DNA from: Lama glama
Lineage: Eukaryota
Direction: 5' to 3'
Length of the DNA: 64,000 nucleotides
NCBI GenBank assembly: GCA_028534125.1
Contig: CM052816.1
Span: 79,486,001-79,550,000, forward strand
The notes under the pieces are model-generated. The model was not told the origin of the DNA. It made no database searches and worked only from the letters and a program-made list of their open reading frames with translations. This document shows positions 47,965-59,255 of this stretch, in pieces; position 1 is the first letter of the stretch; each line of letters opens with the position of its first letter. A program made the translations under genes and the position numbers.

Positions 47965-49604
47965 AAAGAATTATTTTTATATCAGCTCTACAAAACAAAA
48001 GCCAAGTCTGAAAGGATGTGACTTGTCCAAGGTCACAAGCTGTCACACACTGAAACCAGGGCTAAATTGCAAATCTTCCTGCTCCACTTTATAAAACACT
48101 ATGTTATCTCCCATTACATAAATTGTCTTAAAAACTATCCCATAATCTATACATTTTAACAAATCAAATGATTGTCTTCCACCAGCCTCCACCCCTCAAT
48201 CAGTATGTGACTTTTTGCTATACTTGAGTTTTCATTTGATTAAGCTTTTGGTTGAACAGATTTTATTTGATTACAAAATCCTTAGGGGAAACCTTATATG
48301 ATTAGGCCAATCCTTTTATTCCTATGTGGTTTTTCTATTACTTGAGTAAACTACTATATTGCATGTACCCAGGGTATTCAATTTATAAAAACACATCATC
48401 TTCCTATTGATTATCTAGTTATTTAAAAAAACCTGAAATCCAGCTAAATAGTTTTAATTTTACATTAAAACATTGCTTTCCTGCAGACCACATTAGTCAA
48501 AATAAACTTGATGTATGACATGCCACATATTAGTTTGTTTCTTATTAAAATTTAACAATATTTGATCAAAGCATCTAAATTCCATGGACTTCAAGCATCT
48601 CTCATTGGAGTATTTGCTAAAAATTGACTTACTTGGCTCTGGGTTATTGTTTCCCTTAATTTTTTCTTATAAAATGTTGTTCTCAATCTTTGTTACCAAC
48701 TTACTACTTGTTTAGTAAATAATAATAATTATAATTTCTGCTGGAAAACAACTTTGATTATATTTCTCCAAGGAAAACTCACCAGTATTTAGAAACTTTA
48801 TATTTTATTTTTTTAGAATCCTTAAACGACCCCAATTAAATACATGCAGATGGAATTCATTAGGTGATTTCCTCTGGAAGACAATGTTTAATTCATTTAT
48901 ACTACATTGTAGTGGATGCTATGGTAATTCCTTTTTGGATGTCTCTCGATTTGTTGGGTGTGACCCTCTTTGTTTGCTCCCAAACAAAGTGCTAACCTTT
49001 TAGACTTGCACCAGGACCAGAGACCTCATCCTGGTTGTTGAGAGACTTCCTCTTTAATTACAAGTCCTAGCTTGGCTTCTCACCATGACATCAATGAGAG
49101 CTTGATTCTTCAGGGTTGATGTCGTGTCAGGGTGCCAGTTCACGAAAGGGAAGGTAAACCCTTCAAGTTGTAAGTGCTACTTCATTTAGATTCCAGGGTC
49201 ATGGCTTTCCACTCAGTTTCCTACGAAGTTGCATCTTCTGTATTCTGGAGCCACAGCTCTTAGAGACCGAGTTCAAAGTGGTGTTTTGCAAAAGTGGTGT
49301 AATGATCGTCTAGGTGGTAAATGAAAATAGGTGTGGCTCAACTCCAGGACATTCTGAATGTTTTGTTGTGGCTGAACAACTTTAAAGAGAAATGCTTTGT
49401 GAGAGCAGTATGTCTTAGAAAGACTGAAAACTTAGGTTCTAGTGATGTGGAGGCCCCAGGGTATCTGGGAAACAGTAGCAGCCTGGCAACAATGAGCTCA
49501 AAGAAGCTGACTTTTATTACCAAGATGTCTATGGATTACTAAATTATGCGTGTATTTTATTGAAAACCTTGAATGCCATTAGACACGGTAAATGTCTAGC
49601 GAGT

Positions 49605-50085
49605 TCCTAGGTGTCCTCCAAGATGAGTCCAAGACATTCGCCTCCTGGAATTCATGGATAGTGTCGAAATGACAGTGTGTGACTTCCACAGGTAGGTCAT
49701 TAAAGATATTAGAGCATCTGCTTTGCTCTCTTGGATCACCCTGGGGAAAGCCAGGCACCAAGGTATGAAGACATGCAAGCAGCAGCACTCTGGAGAGGTC
49801 CACATAGGGAGGAACTGAGGTCTCTTGCCATCAACTGGCCTTAACATGACAGCCATGTAAGTGAGCCATCTTGGAAGTGGATCCTTCAGCCTCAGTCACC
49901 CTGAGAGGTCCGCAGAACTGGCTGACATCATGACCACAAACTCAGGAGAGACCCTAAGCCAGATCCACTTAGCAAAGTTGCTCCCTAGTTCCTGATTCAG
50001 GAACTGCATGAGATAATACATGTCTATTGTTTTAAGAAACTAAATTTGGGGATAAGAGTTTAGGCCACCACAGATGACGAACAGA
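49605..50085 (+). mobile_element. MLT1F-like LTR
   Basis: Shows CTGGGGAAAGCCAG, GAGGAACTGAGGTCTCTTGCC, GTGAGCCATCTTGGAAGTGGATCCT and GAGATAATAA..TTGTTTTAAG..CTAAATTTGGGGATAA. Confidence 0.82.
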
Positions 50086-52589
50086 AATGTGTAATGTATT
50101 GTTCTCCACAACCCAGTTCATCAAAAATTTGCTTCTGACTGAGACTCTCGCAGATCTTTTTCAAAAAGCTACAGTCTGAGTAGTAGAGGATAACCAACGA
50201 CAAAAAGGGGGATAATTTTTTCTAATTATTCCAACCCTGCTTTAGTAAGTTGGCCCCAGTGATTAGAGGAATCAGAAACATCCTGCTAGTTACTCTGCTT
50301 TCCTCATTCTCTATGGCGGTGAACACCACATAAACGGTACCTGAACTGCAAGGAGACTAGAAATTCTTGTTCCAAACATAATGTGTTCCAAACATTTTTG
50401 CTAGAGTGCCCTAAATTTCTAGTGACATCATTTGACAATTCAGAGCTGAAAGGACCAGAGGTGGTAAATATTTAACAACATTGCACTGAAAATCGCTGAG
50501 GAGAGTCACGTAAGAAGAGTTCAGTCAGAGCCCAAGATTCAAAAAGGCTGACCTTTCAAATCCCTTGACCCTTATCTCATGTGCTAGGCAGCACACCTCA
50601 AAGTTGCACAGAATGGATACTGGAGCAGGCCAGGGCTACAGGTTCAGTGGGCCATATGGGAGTCAGGGGGAAGTGCAGAAAAAAAAAATAAATCAAGGAA
50701 AAGATACTGCAGAAGGAACCTTGAAAACTGAGAACACTTCTCTTTGGATTTGGATAGTCCATGGCTGAAAGAGGCACAAACTTGGAAAATACACTCAAGG
50801 GATTGCAGAAGAATGGAGTCGTTACCTGGAACATGGGAAGCTGATAACCGGGACAGTTGCTAGGAAGAGAGACTTTTGGAGAACATGGAAAGAATGAGGG
50901 TACGAGCAGGATCATGGGAGGAGAGGTGGCACCAGAGGGAGGCTATGCCCATATGGAGAACTTTTAAAGCATCTTCTGGGAAGAAAGTATATGGAAGGTA
51001 GTTAGAGAAAGCACAACAGAACATCCCACCAACCAGCAGGCTTAGACCCTTCTGGCACAGTGCTCATAAGCCCCAAGGGAGAGTTAGTCTTCTGGGGTAA
51101 GAGCGCTGGTTTGGAGGCGTCCTGGGCAGATGGTTGTTGAGTGGCAGACTTTCTGTTTTTGAGCATGTTATTTATTTTTTATTTGCATTTTCATGTCTTA
51201 TTTTAATTCTACTTTTAATTCTTTTTTGTATTTTTAAAACAATTTTGAGCATGTTAAGTTGATTAAACATATAAATAAAACAGAAACACTTTAGATGGCA
51301 TATATGAGGACAAGAAGTGACCCTTTCATAAGGCTGAGAACTTCCTCAAGAAAGAGAGTTTGTCCATGACATTTTTAGGTGTTCAGCAGCCTGGCATGAT
51401 CCCTGGCATGTGGTTGGTGTTCAGGAATATTTATTTCAATGGAAAAGGAAAAATGTAATAATTTAGTTGGTCAAATTATTCAAATCATCTTTTTGACCTC
51501 GTGAGAGTCTCAACAGCTAACAATTTTTTTGCTTTGGGTTTGGGGTTGGTTTGATCTGTTCTTGCCACAGTTGCTAGAAATGTTCCAGTTGGAATAAATA
51601 ACGGCCTCTCTTCACCCTTCAGGCCTCACATGGTGCTGGACGACTTCTCCTGTCCCACGCGGCTCTGCTATTAGTTTGATGTGGTTGCTCCATTTTGCAA
51701 ATGGAAAATCTGAGGATTTCCCGAGGGCACACAGCTAGTAGACAGTGGAACTGGGTTCAAACACTGACTTCTTGGCTTCGGCTCAGTCCTCTTTCCATCC
51801 TACAGCCTTATCAACAGACCCATATCAACCACACTTCTGATTCCTGCCTCAAAATCAGCAGTAGCTGACCATGAGTTCGTGTGAAATATAGACCTGAACA
51901 TCACTTTGGATTCTAGTTAGAATTGCTAGTTATGACAATGGCTTGGAAGATTCGTTGACTACCTTGGGAAACAGTACTTTACTTCTCACACAAATGTTGT
52001 CCCTGTGGATTCTGCTCTCCTTTGTCATGCCTTTCACTGGCTATTGGTATCTGAGAAGCCTGCTAAGGGGAAAATAAGAAAGGTGATTCCACTGGTTATT
52101 CTGTGTTGCCATCCTTCCACCCAACCCCCATCCCTGCAGATCCAATACCAGGAAAGCCTTAGTGCTTCTCTGTCTCCCTCTGTGCCCGCTGAGGCATCAA
52201 ACTTGAAACCAGAGCTTCCTGGGCATCTTTGTCCTCTGGCTTCCCCACTGGGTTTGGTGGGAGATCTGAGGGAAGAAGGAGAAACACTGGAGTAGTTTGC
52301 CCCTTGTTCCCTCCCAGCTTCATCACCGAGTTCAAGAAGAATCTGCAACCACAGTTCCTGTCAAGTCCTCCCTTCCATAGCTCTGGCTCTTACCAGGCTC
52401 TAGAAACACCATCTCTGCCCCCTGGATTCTTCATGCCTGGGGAGGTAACAACTTTCTTCTCTGGGAGCGTCCATGTCACTTGCCTGCCTCCTCAAGTCGC
52501 CCATAGCTCTGTTAGTAGTCTTTTTACTAATTCACTCCTAAGTCCCAGCTGCATGAGCCTTTGCTTCCTGCCAGGACCCTGCCTGATAG

Positions 52590-52662
52590 GGTCACTCTAG
52601 GAGAAACATCCCTCCGAGTCTTACAAAGGTTACTCTAGGAGAAACATCCCTCTGAGTCTTTA
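52590..52662. repeat. 38-bp tandem duplication
   Basis: GGTCACTCTAGGAGAAACATCCCTCCGAGTCTT starts at 52590 and GGTTACTCTAGGAGAAACATCCCTCTGAGTCTT starts at 52628. Confidence 0.95.
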
Positions 52663-52676
52663 TAATCCTTTATAAT

Positions 52677-52894
52677 CAGGATTTCCCACCCTCATCAGGA
52701 TTGATGTTCTGAGCTGGATGATTCTTTGCTGAGGAGGACTGTCCTGTGCACCGTAGGATATTTAGCAACATCCTTGGCCTCTACCCACTGGATGCCAGTA
52801 ACACCCCTCCCCAGACTATAACCACTCAAAATATCTTCAGATGTTGTCAAATGTCACCTGGGTGACAAAAATCACCCCTACCTAAGAATTACTG
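52677..52894 (-). mobile_element. MER20 (hAT-Charlie), full length
   Basis: Shows CTGTCCTGTGCACCGTAGGATATTTAGCAACATCCTTGGCCTCTACCCACTGGATGCCAGTA, with CAG...CTG termini. Confidence 0.9.
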
Positions 52895-53184
52895 CTTTAT
52901 ATGAGTCATACCTTTTCCAGATCTTCATCTCCTTGGTCTCCATTCCAATCCATGCTTTATATTTGTGTAACTATAACTCATTCATAAGTAGAATACCATT
53001 GACAACTCATTTTTCATACATTAACTTATTTGAACTTCATAGAAATAGGCTCAGCCTATTTCAGTGATTTGTGAGACCAGAGATCAAAGAAGTCACGTCA
53101 TTTCTTCAGGGGCACTCAGTCACCCACTGAAGGAAGTTGGGCTGAATCAAAATCTTCGGCCTACAAGGCCCTTGCTGCGTAGTC

Positions 53185-53400
53185 CAGGGGTACTCAACCT
53201 GGGGTGGTTTTGCCCCACAGGGGACATCTGGCAATGTCTGGAGACACGTTTGCTTGTCACAGGTGCATGGGGGATGCCGCTGGAATCTGCTGAGTAGAGG
53301 CCAAGGATGCTTCTCAGCATCCTGCAATGCACAGGGCAGCCTCGCACAACAAAGACTCATCCTCCCCAAACACCAATAGTGCTGAGGTTGACAAACCCTG
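53185..53400 (+). mobile_element. MER20 (hAT-Charlie), full length
   Basis: Runs CAGGGGTACTCAACCTGGGGTGGTTTTGCCCCACAGGGGACATCTGGCAATGTCTGGAGACA ... AATAGTGCTGAGGTTGACAAACCCTG. Confidence 0.92.
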
Positions 53401-53959
53401 ATCTATTCACTATGCTATGTTGTCTCCTTAACCTGCTGGTACTTTTCTTTGACTTTTCCCCACCCTTTCACACTTACAAAGATAAACGGAAGCCACACAT
53501 CGATAGTAGTTCACATTTCAAGGAACTTAAATCACACTGTTTAATTTTTAAAATGTAATATCCCTGCCTCTCTTCTCTATTGTTTCAATGTACTTTCCTC
53601 CCTAAAGACTGCATTGGTGAACAAGGGTAGAGAGAAATTTTTATTTTCCTAGTTTGATTTGGAAAGCAATTTTGGAACATGGGAATGACAAAAGGGGAAA
53701 AAAAGTTTGTAAATACTTTGAAATCTAAATAGAATTGTTATAACTTGATTATGAGAGAAATATTTATAAAATATCTTAGGGCAGGCATAAAAGTTATAAG
53801 ATTTTTCAAACCTGTCCTAGAAATTTTTTAAACAGAAGGAATAAGGAAAAGAAATTTTTAGTGAGGTCCAAGCAAGAAAAAAGATTAAAGAAATAATGTG
53901 GTACGGAGACTGGTGTGTTATTGTTTTAGTAGTCCTAGATAGGCTCCAAACTCTGCTTT

Positions 53960-56900
53960 CATTTTTTAATTTTATATTTAAAATTAATACACAGTTAATA
54001 GGCTATTTGAGTGTATCTTAACACATTCATTTTATGCAATTTAACACATGTCTGTATGGATGTGTGTAAATACCATCACAGTCAGAATACAGGATCACCC
54101 TAAAATTCTCACACACTACCCCAACTCGAGTCATAGCCTCACCAGCCCTAAATCCCTGGTTCTGTATTTTTGTTTTGTCTTTTCAAGAATGTCACCTAAG
54201 CTGAATCACAGAGCACATATCCTTTTGAGACTCCTTTCAGCAGTGCGCTATCATTGAAATTTATTTCAGTTTTTCTGTGGAGCAATAGCTTATTCATTTT
54301 TATTGCTGAGTCCCATTTCATTGTATGGCTACATCACTGTTTGTTTATTTACCTCTTGAAGGATCCTGGGTTTCCAATTTCTTGATTATTAAAAATAGAG
54401 CTGCTATAAATTTTAGGGCACAGTTTTTTGTTTGCACGTAAGTTTTTGTTTCTCTAGGGTAAATATCTAGGAGAGAGATTGTTGGGTCATATGGTAAACA
54501 TGTACCTATTTTTAGAAATAACTGCCAAACGGATTTCCTGAGTGGCTGTAACTGTTTGCATTTCCATCAGCAGTAGATGAATGTTCCGACTGAATTGTGT
54601 CTTCACTAGCACTTTGGTATTGTCAGAATTTTTTTTTTTTAATTTTAACCATTCTAGTAGGGATATAGTTGCTATCTCATCATAGGTTTTATTAAATTTT
54701 ATTTTTTAAACAATGCTTCATTTTAGAACAGTTTCAGATTTACAGAGGATTATGAAGACAGGCCTAAGTGTACCTAAATAACCCTTACTCAGTTTCCCCA
54801 ATTACTAATATATTACATTAATATGGTATATTTGTCACAATTAACCAATATTAATACATTATAATGAACTAAAGTTCATATTTTTCTCAGTTTTTACCTA
54901 ATATCATTACCTTTTCCAGCAGCCCACCAAGGATACCACATTACACTTAGTCATCTTGTCTACATACACTCCTCTTGGCTGTGACAGTAGCGTAAACATT
55001 TTTTGTTCTTGGTAATCGTGAAAGTTTTAAGGCCTACTGATCAGATATTTTGTAGAATGTTGCTCTGCTTGGATTTTTTTGATGTTTTCTCATCATCAGA
55101 TTGGGATTGTGAAGTTTGGGGAGAAAGACCACTGAACATAATATAAACATCACGCTCATCACATCATATCAGGTCAAGAATACATACTATCAACCTGACT
55201 TATTATGTCATGTTGACCTTGATCACCTGGCTCAGATGTGTTTGCCAAATTTTTTCACCATAGAATTCCCCTTTTTTTTTCCTTTCCCACACTGAGCTTT
55301 TTAGAAGGAAGTTCCTTTGTCCACCCCCTACTTAAGGAGTGAGTTCTGCTCCAGTGTTTTACCTCCTTAAAGGCCAAGTAACTACATAAACAAATTATTT
55401 GGAATTCTTCAGCGTGGAAAGATTTGTCTGTCCTCCCTTATTTATTTAACTGTTTGTTCAATCATGTATTTATATAAGTATGGATTCTTGGATATTTATT
55501 TTTTACTCTGGGCTATAATTCAGTGCTACTTTATTTTTTTTGCTCAAATTGTTCCAACTTTAGCCATTGGGAGCTCTTTCAGTTAGCTCATTATGTATCT
55601 TTTTTTTTTTTTTCAATTTTGTTTTGTTTTTGTTAGCACTTCCTTATTTTCTGGTTCCACAAGATGTTCCAGGCTCATCTTGTATATTTCCCGCCTCAGT
55701 CCTAGAACCAGCAATTTGTTCATGGATACCTGGTTCCTTTCATTGGTGATGGTATTAGAAACCAAGTTCTGGGTGTTAGATGTGCTCATTGCTAGTGGGG
55801 TAGCATTGCTTCTAAGCCCTCTCAGCTGATAAAGTTAAGGAATTGTTTATGTGTATACCTACCCATGTATATACACATAGACATAAATAATTCTTTACGT
55901 AATGACCTGTATCTTTATTAAGCTTTATGAATTTATACTGATACCTCCAGCTCTAATCCATTGCCACACAGATCATTCTAGTCTCCTGCCACTACCTGCC
56001 ATTCCAACAGTGAGACACCTGTCTCCCACTATCTGCTATCCATATAGTTTATAACTTCTGGTTTACCTGGACAGTGGTTTCAGAATTGTAAATCCATATC
56101 CCCATGTGAAACAACTCTATCAACTGATGTACAGTGCTTATGTACAGTTTCTTCTGCCTTTGCCTTACATATTCCACTCATTTCCAAAGTCACATAGGTC
56201 AGCCCATTTTCCCCACACCTTCTTCAGCAAGTTTGTCTCATACATTTGTAATGCAGTTAGATTTATTTATTTAGATTATTTAGTTACATTTTGCATTCTA
56301 TCCTGGGATCCTCTTAACCCTCTAAAAGTTTTGGGGCTTTTTTTTTTTGCATCATTTAAGATTCCTTCTGGGTTTTGACAAATGCATAGCGTCATGTATC
56401 CCTCACTACTGGATCATACAGAATAGTTTCACTGCCCTAGAAAATCTCCTGAGCTATTAACCTCCTCACCCTTAAACCCTGGCAACCACTGAGCCAAGTT
56501 TATCATATTTGTAGTTTTACCTTTCCAGATTGTCATAGACTTGGAATCTTAGAATACATAATCTTTTAAGACTGTCTTATTTCATTTATCAATATGCATT
56601 TAAAGCATGAATAAAGCTACTATAAACATTCACATGCAGGTTTTTGTGCATACTCAAAATTTCAAGTCTATTGAGTAAATGCACCTAAGACAACAATGAC
56701 TAGATCACATGGTAAGACGATATTTAGCTTTGTAAGGAACTGCCAAATCATCTTCCAAAATGGCTTTCCCCTTTGGCATTCCCACCAACAATGAATGAAG
56801 GCTCCTGTCACTCCATATCTTCCCCAGCAATTGGTATTGTTGGCATTTTGGATTTTAACTCTTCTGACATGTGTATTATTCCTAATTCCTCTCTCCTGTC

Positions 56901-57905
56901 CATTGTGACATTGTTAACATTCATTTCATTTCTCCATATGCTTTAATCACCCAATACATTGTTAAGTTATTGATTTAAACAAACAGATATCTTTTAGATC
57001 CATTAAGTTTTTGTTAATTAAGGTTTAATTTTACCTTCATTTATTACCTCACTGATGCTCTTTTCTTTAGGTTGATTCAAGTCTCTGACTTGTATCATTT
57101 TCCTCCTGCCTGAAGAATATCTTTTAACATTTCTTGTAGGGCTGGTCCCCTGGTGATGAATTCCTTGTTTTGTCTGAAAAAATTTTTCATTTTTTCTTTA
57201 CTTTTGAAGTATAATTTTTCTAGATATAGATTCAAACTTGGTGGGCTTTTCCTTTCAACACTTTAAATCTTTTTCTCGTCCTATTCTTGCTTTCAGTTAT
57301 AGTTATCCTCCTTGGTATTATCTGAGCTTCCTGGATTTGTGATTATTAATTTTGGAAAGTTCTTGGCCATTATTATTTCAAGTATTCCCTCTCCTCCATT
57401 GCTTCTTTTTCCTCCTTCTGGTATTCCAATTATGCACAGGTGTTACCTTGAGAAATTGTCCTGCAGTTCTTGGATATTCTATTCTGTTTGTTATGTTTTA
57501 TTTTGATTTGTCTTTTAATTTTTTTTCCTTTGCATTCCAGTTTGGGAAGTTTCTATTGACCTATCTTCAGACTCAACTGATTTTTTCCCCCATAGCCATT
57601 GGCAAGTATACTGATGAGACCATCAAAGACATTCTTCAGTTATGTTACTGCACTTTTACTTTCCAGCATTTCCTTTGATTGTTAGAGTGTACGTCTCTCT
57701 GCTTACATCCCCCACCTGTTCTTGCACGTTGTCTGCTTTTTTCACTAGTACCTTTAATATATTCATCGTAGTTATTTTAAATTTTACTGACTCATGATTC
57801 CAAATTCTGTGTCATATCTGAGGTTGGTTCTGGAGATTGTTTTTTCTTGTCAGACTGTGCTTTTTCTTGCCTTTTAGCAAGCCTTGTAATTTTTTCTTGG
57901 AAGCC
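53960..57905 (-). mobile_element. Cluster of old, nested L1 fragments (L1MB/MC/MD/ME-type 3' ends and an upstream-region piece)
   Basis: GGGTCATATGGTAA..AACTGCCAAA occurs twice. CACAAGATGTTCCAGGCTCATCTTGTATATTTCC mirrors the 30.7 kb L1MC. TTTCTTGTAGGGCTGGTC..GATGAATTCC is also L1-like. Confidence 0.8.
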
Positions 57906-58788
57906 AGTAAACTCTAATGCTTTTTAGCTGTGAGATCTTAAATACCTTATTCAGCCACTCTGAACTCCAGGCATCTCATCTCTAAAATGAGAAATAATGC
58001 CTACTTAAAAATTTGTTGTGAGGATTGCTTGAAACAAGGTCTAGGCGAAGGTGAGACTTATGGCAGCCAAGGTAAAGTGTATGATTTGACATTTCTTGGA
58101 GGTCAGCCTGGCTGATCTTAGGAAGTAGCAAGTTTTCTCTCTTCTTTGGATTTGTATGGCAGCTGTCTCTGTTTGGAGATGACAGACATGGAGGGAGAGC
58201 TGAGAATGCAGCACCAAGTCCTATGTACCTGTGGAAAGTAACTTACCTTGATGATTACATACCAATCACTCACCAGTCCTGAATATGGAAATCTGTTTCC
58301 TCACACTAAGTGCCAGGTCATTTCTTACAGTTGCCCAAATGCATTTATATCTGCACAACCTGAGATGTTTTGTACTAACATGAGTGGGATATGATAATAG
58401 TCATGGGTGGGGAATTTGGAGTCAGGAAAAAAGCAGATCAGATGCCACCATCTAATCCAGTCTATGATCATTTGAATCAGACACATCAAATGAAGAATAC
58501 ACTCACAAGGAAAGATATTTTGCAAAAGAGATTAAAATAGCCTCTCAGAAAACACATACAGACAACACACACATGCACACACGCACACCAGTCACAGTCA
58601 TCTTAATTTCCTTGATCTGAATAGAAATGATTTTAATACACAAGTCTGTTTCTCTCTATTTCAGTAGAAAGAAAGCCATAGAGTTTCAGGTTTATGGAAA
58701 GTCTATAGAAATCATAGGTTATTTACTGTTAGAGACACAGTGAGTACACTTGGTGTGTAAACTTTTCTTAGGCTTGAAAAATAGTACC

Positions 58789-59255
58789 TGTGAAAAGCAA
58801 GATAACAGCTCCCCAAAGATGTCGACATCTTAATCCCTGGATGCTGTGGATGTGTTACCTTACAGGGCAAAAAGGACTTTGCAGATATGATTAAGTGAAT
58901 GAAATTGAGATGAGAGATTACCCAGGATTCCAGGTAGGTCAAATTTAATCATGCAGGTCATTAAAAGCAAAGAAGCTATAGCCAGAGACATGGTCAGAGA
59001 GATCCAAGATTGCTGGCTACTAAGATGGAGGAAGGAGACCATAAGCCGAGAAATGTGGGCAGAAACTAGATGACGCAAGGAAATGGATTCTCCTCTAGAG
59101 CCTCTGGAAAGTAATCAAGCTGCTGACACCTTGATTTTAGCCCAGAGAAGCCAGTGTCAGATTTCTAACCTACAGAATGACAAGAATAAATTTATGTTGT
59201 TTGAAGCCACTAAGTTTGTGGTAGTTTGTTACAGCAGCAATAGAAAACTAATACA
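58789..59255 (+). mobile_element. MLT1D-like solo LTR with intact 5-bp TSD
   Basis: Has TG...CA termini and contains CCCCAAAGATGTC, GGACTTTGCAGATATGATTAAG and TTGTTACAGCAGCAATAGAAAACTAATACA. GTACC flanks it at 58784-58788 and 59256-59260. Confidence 0.92.
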
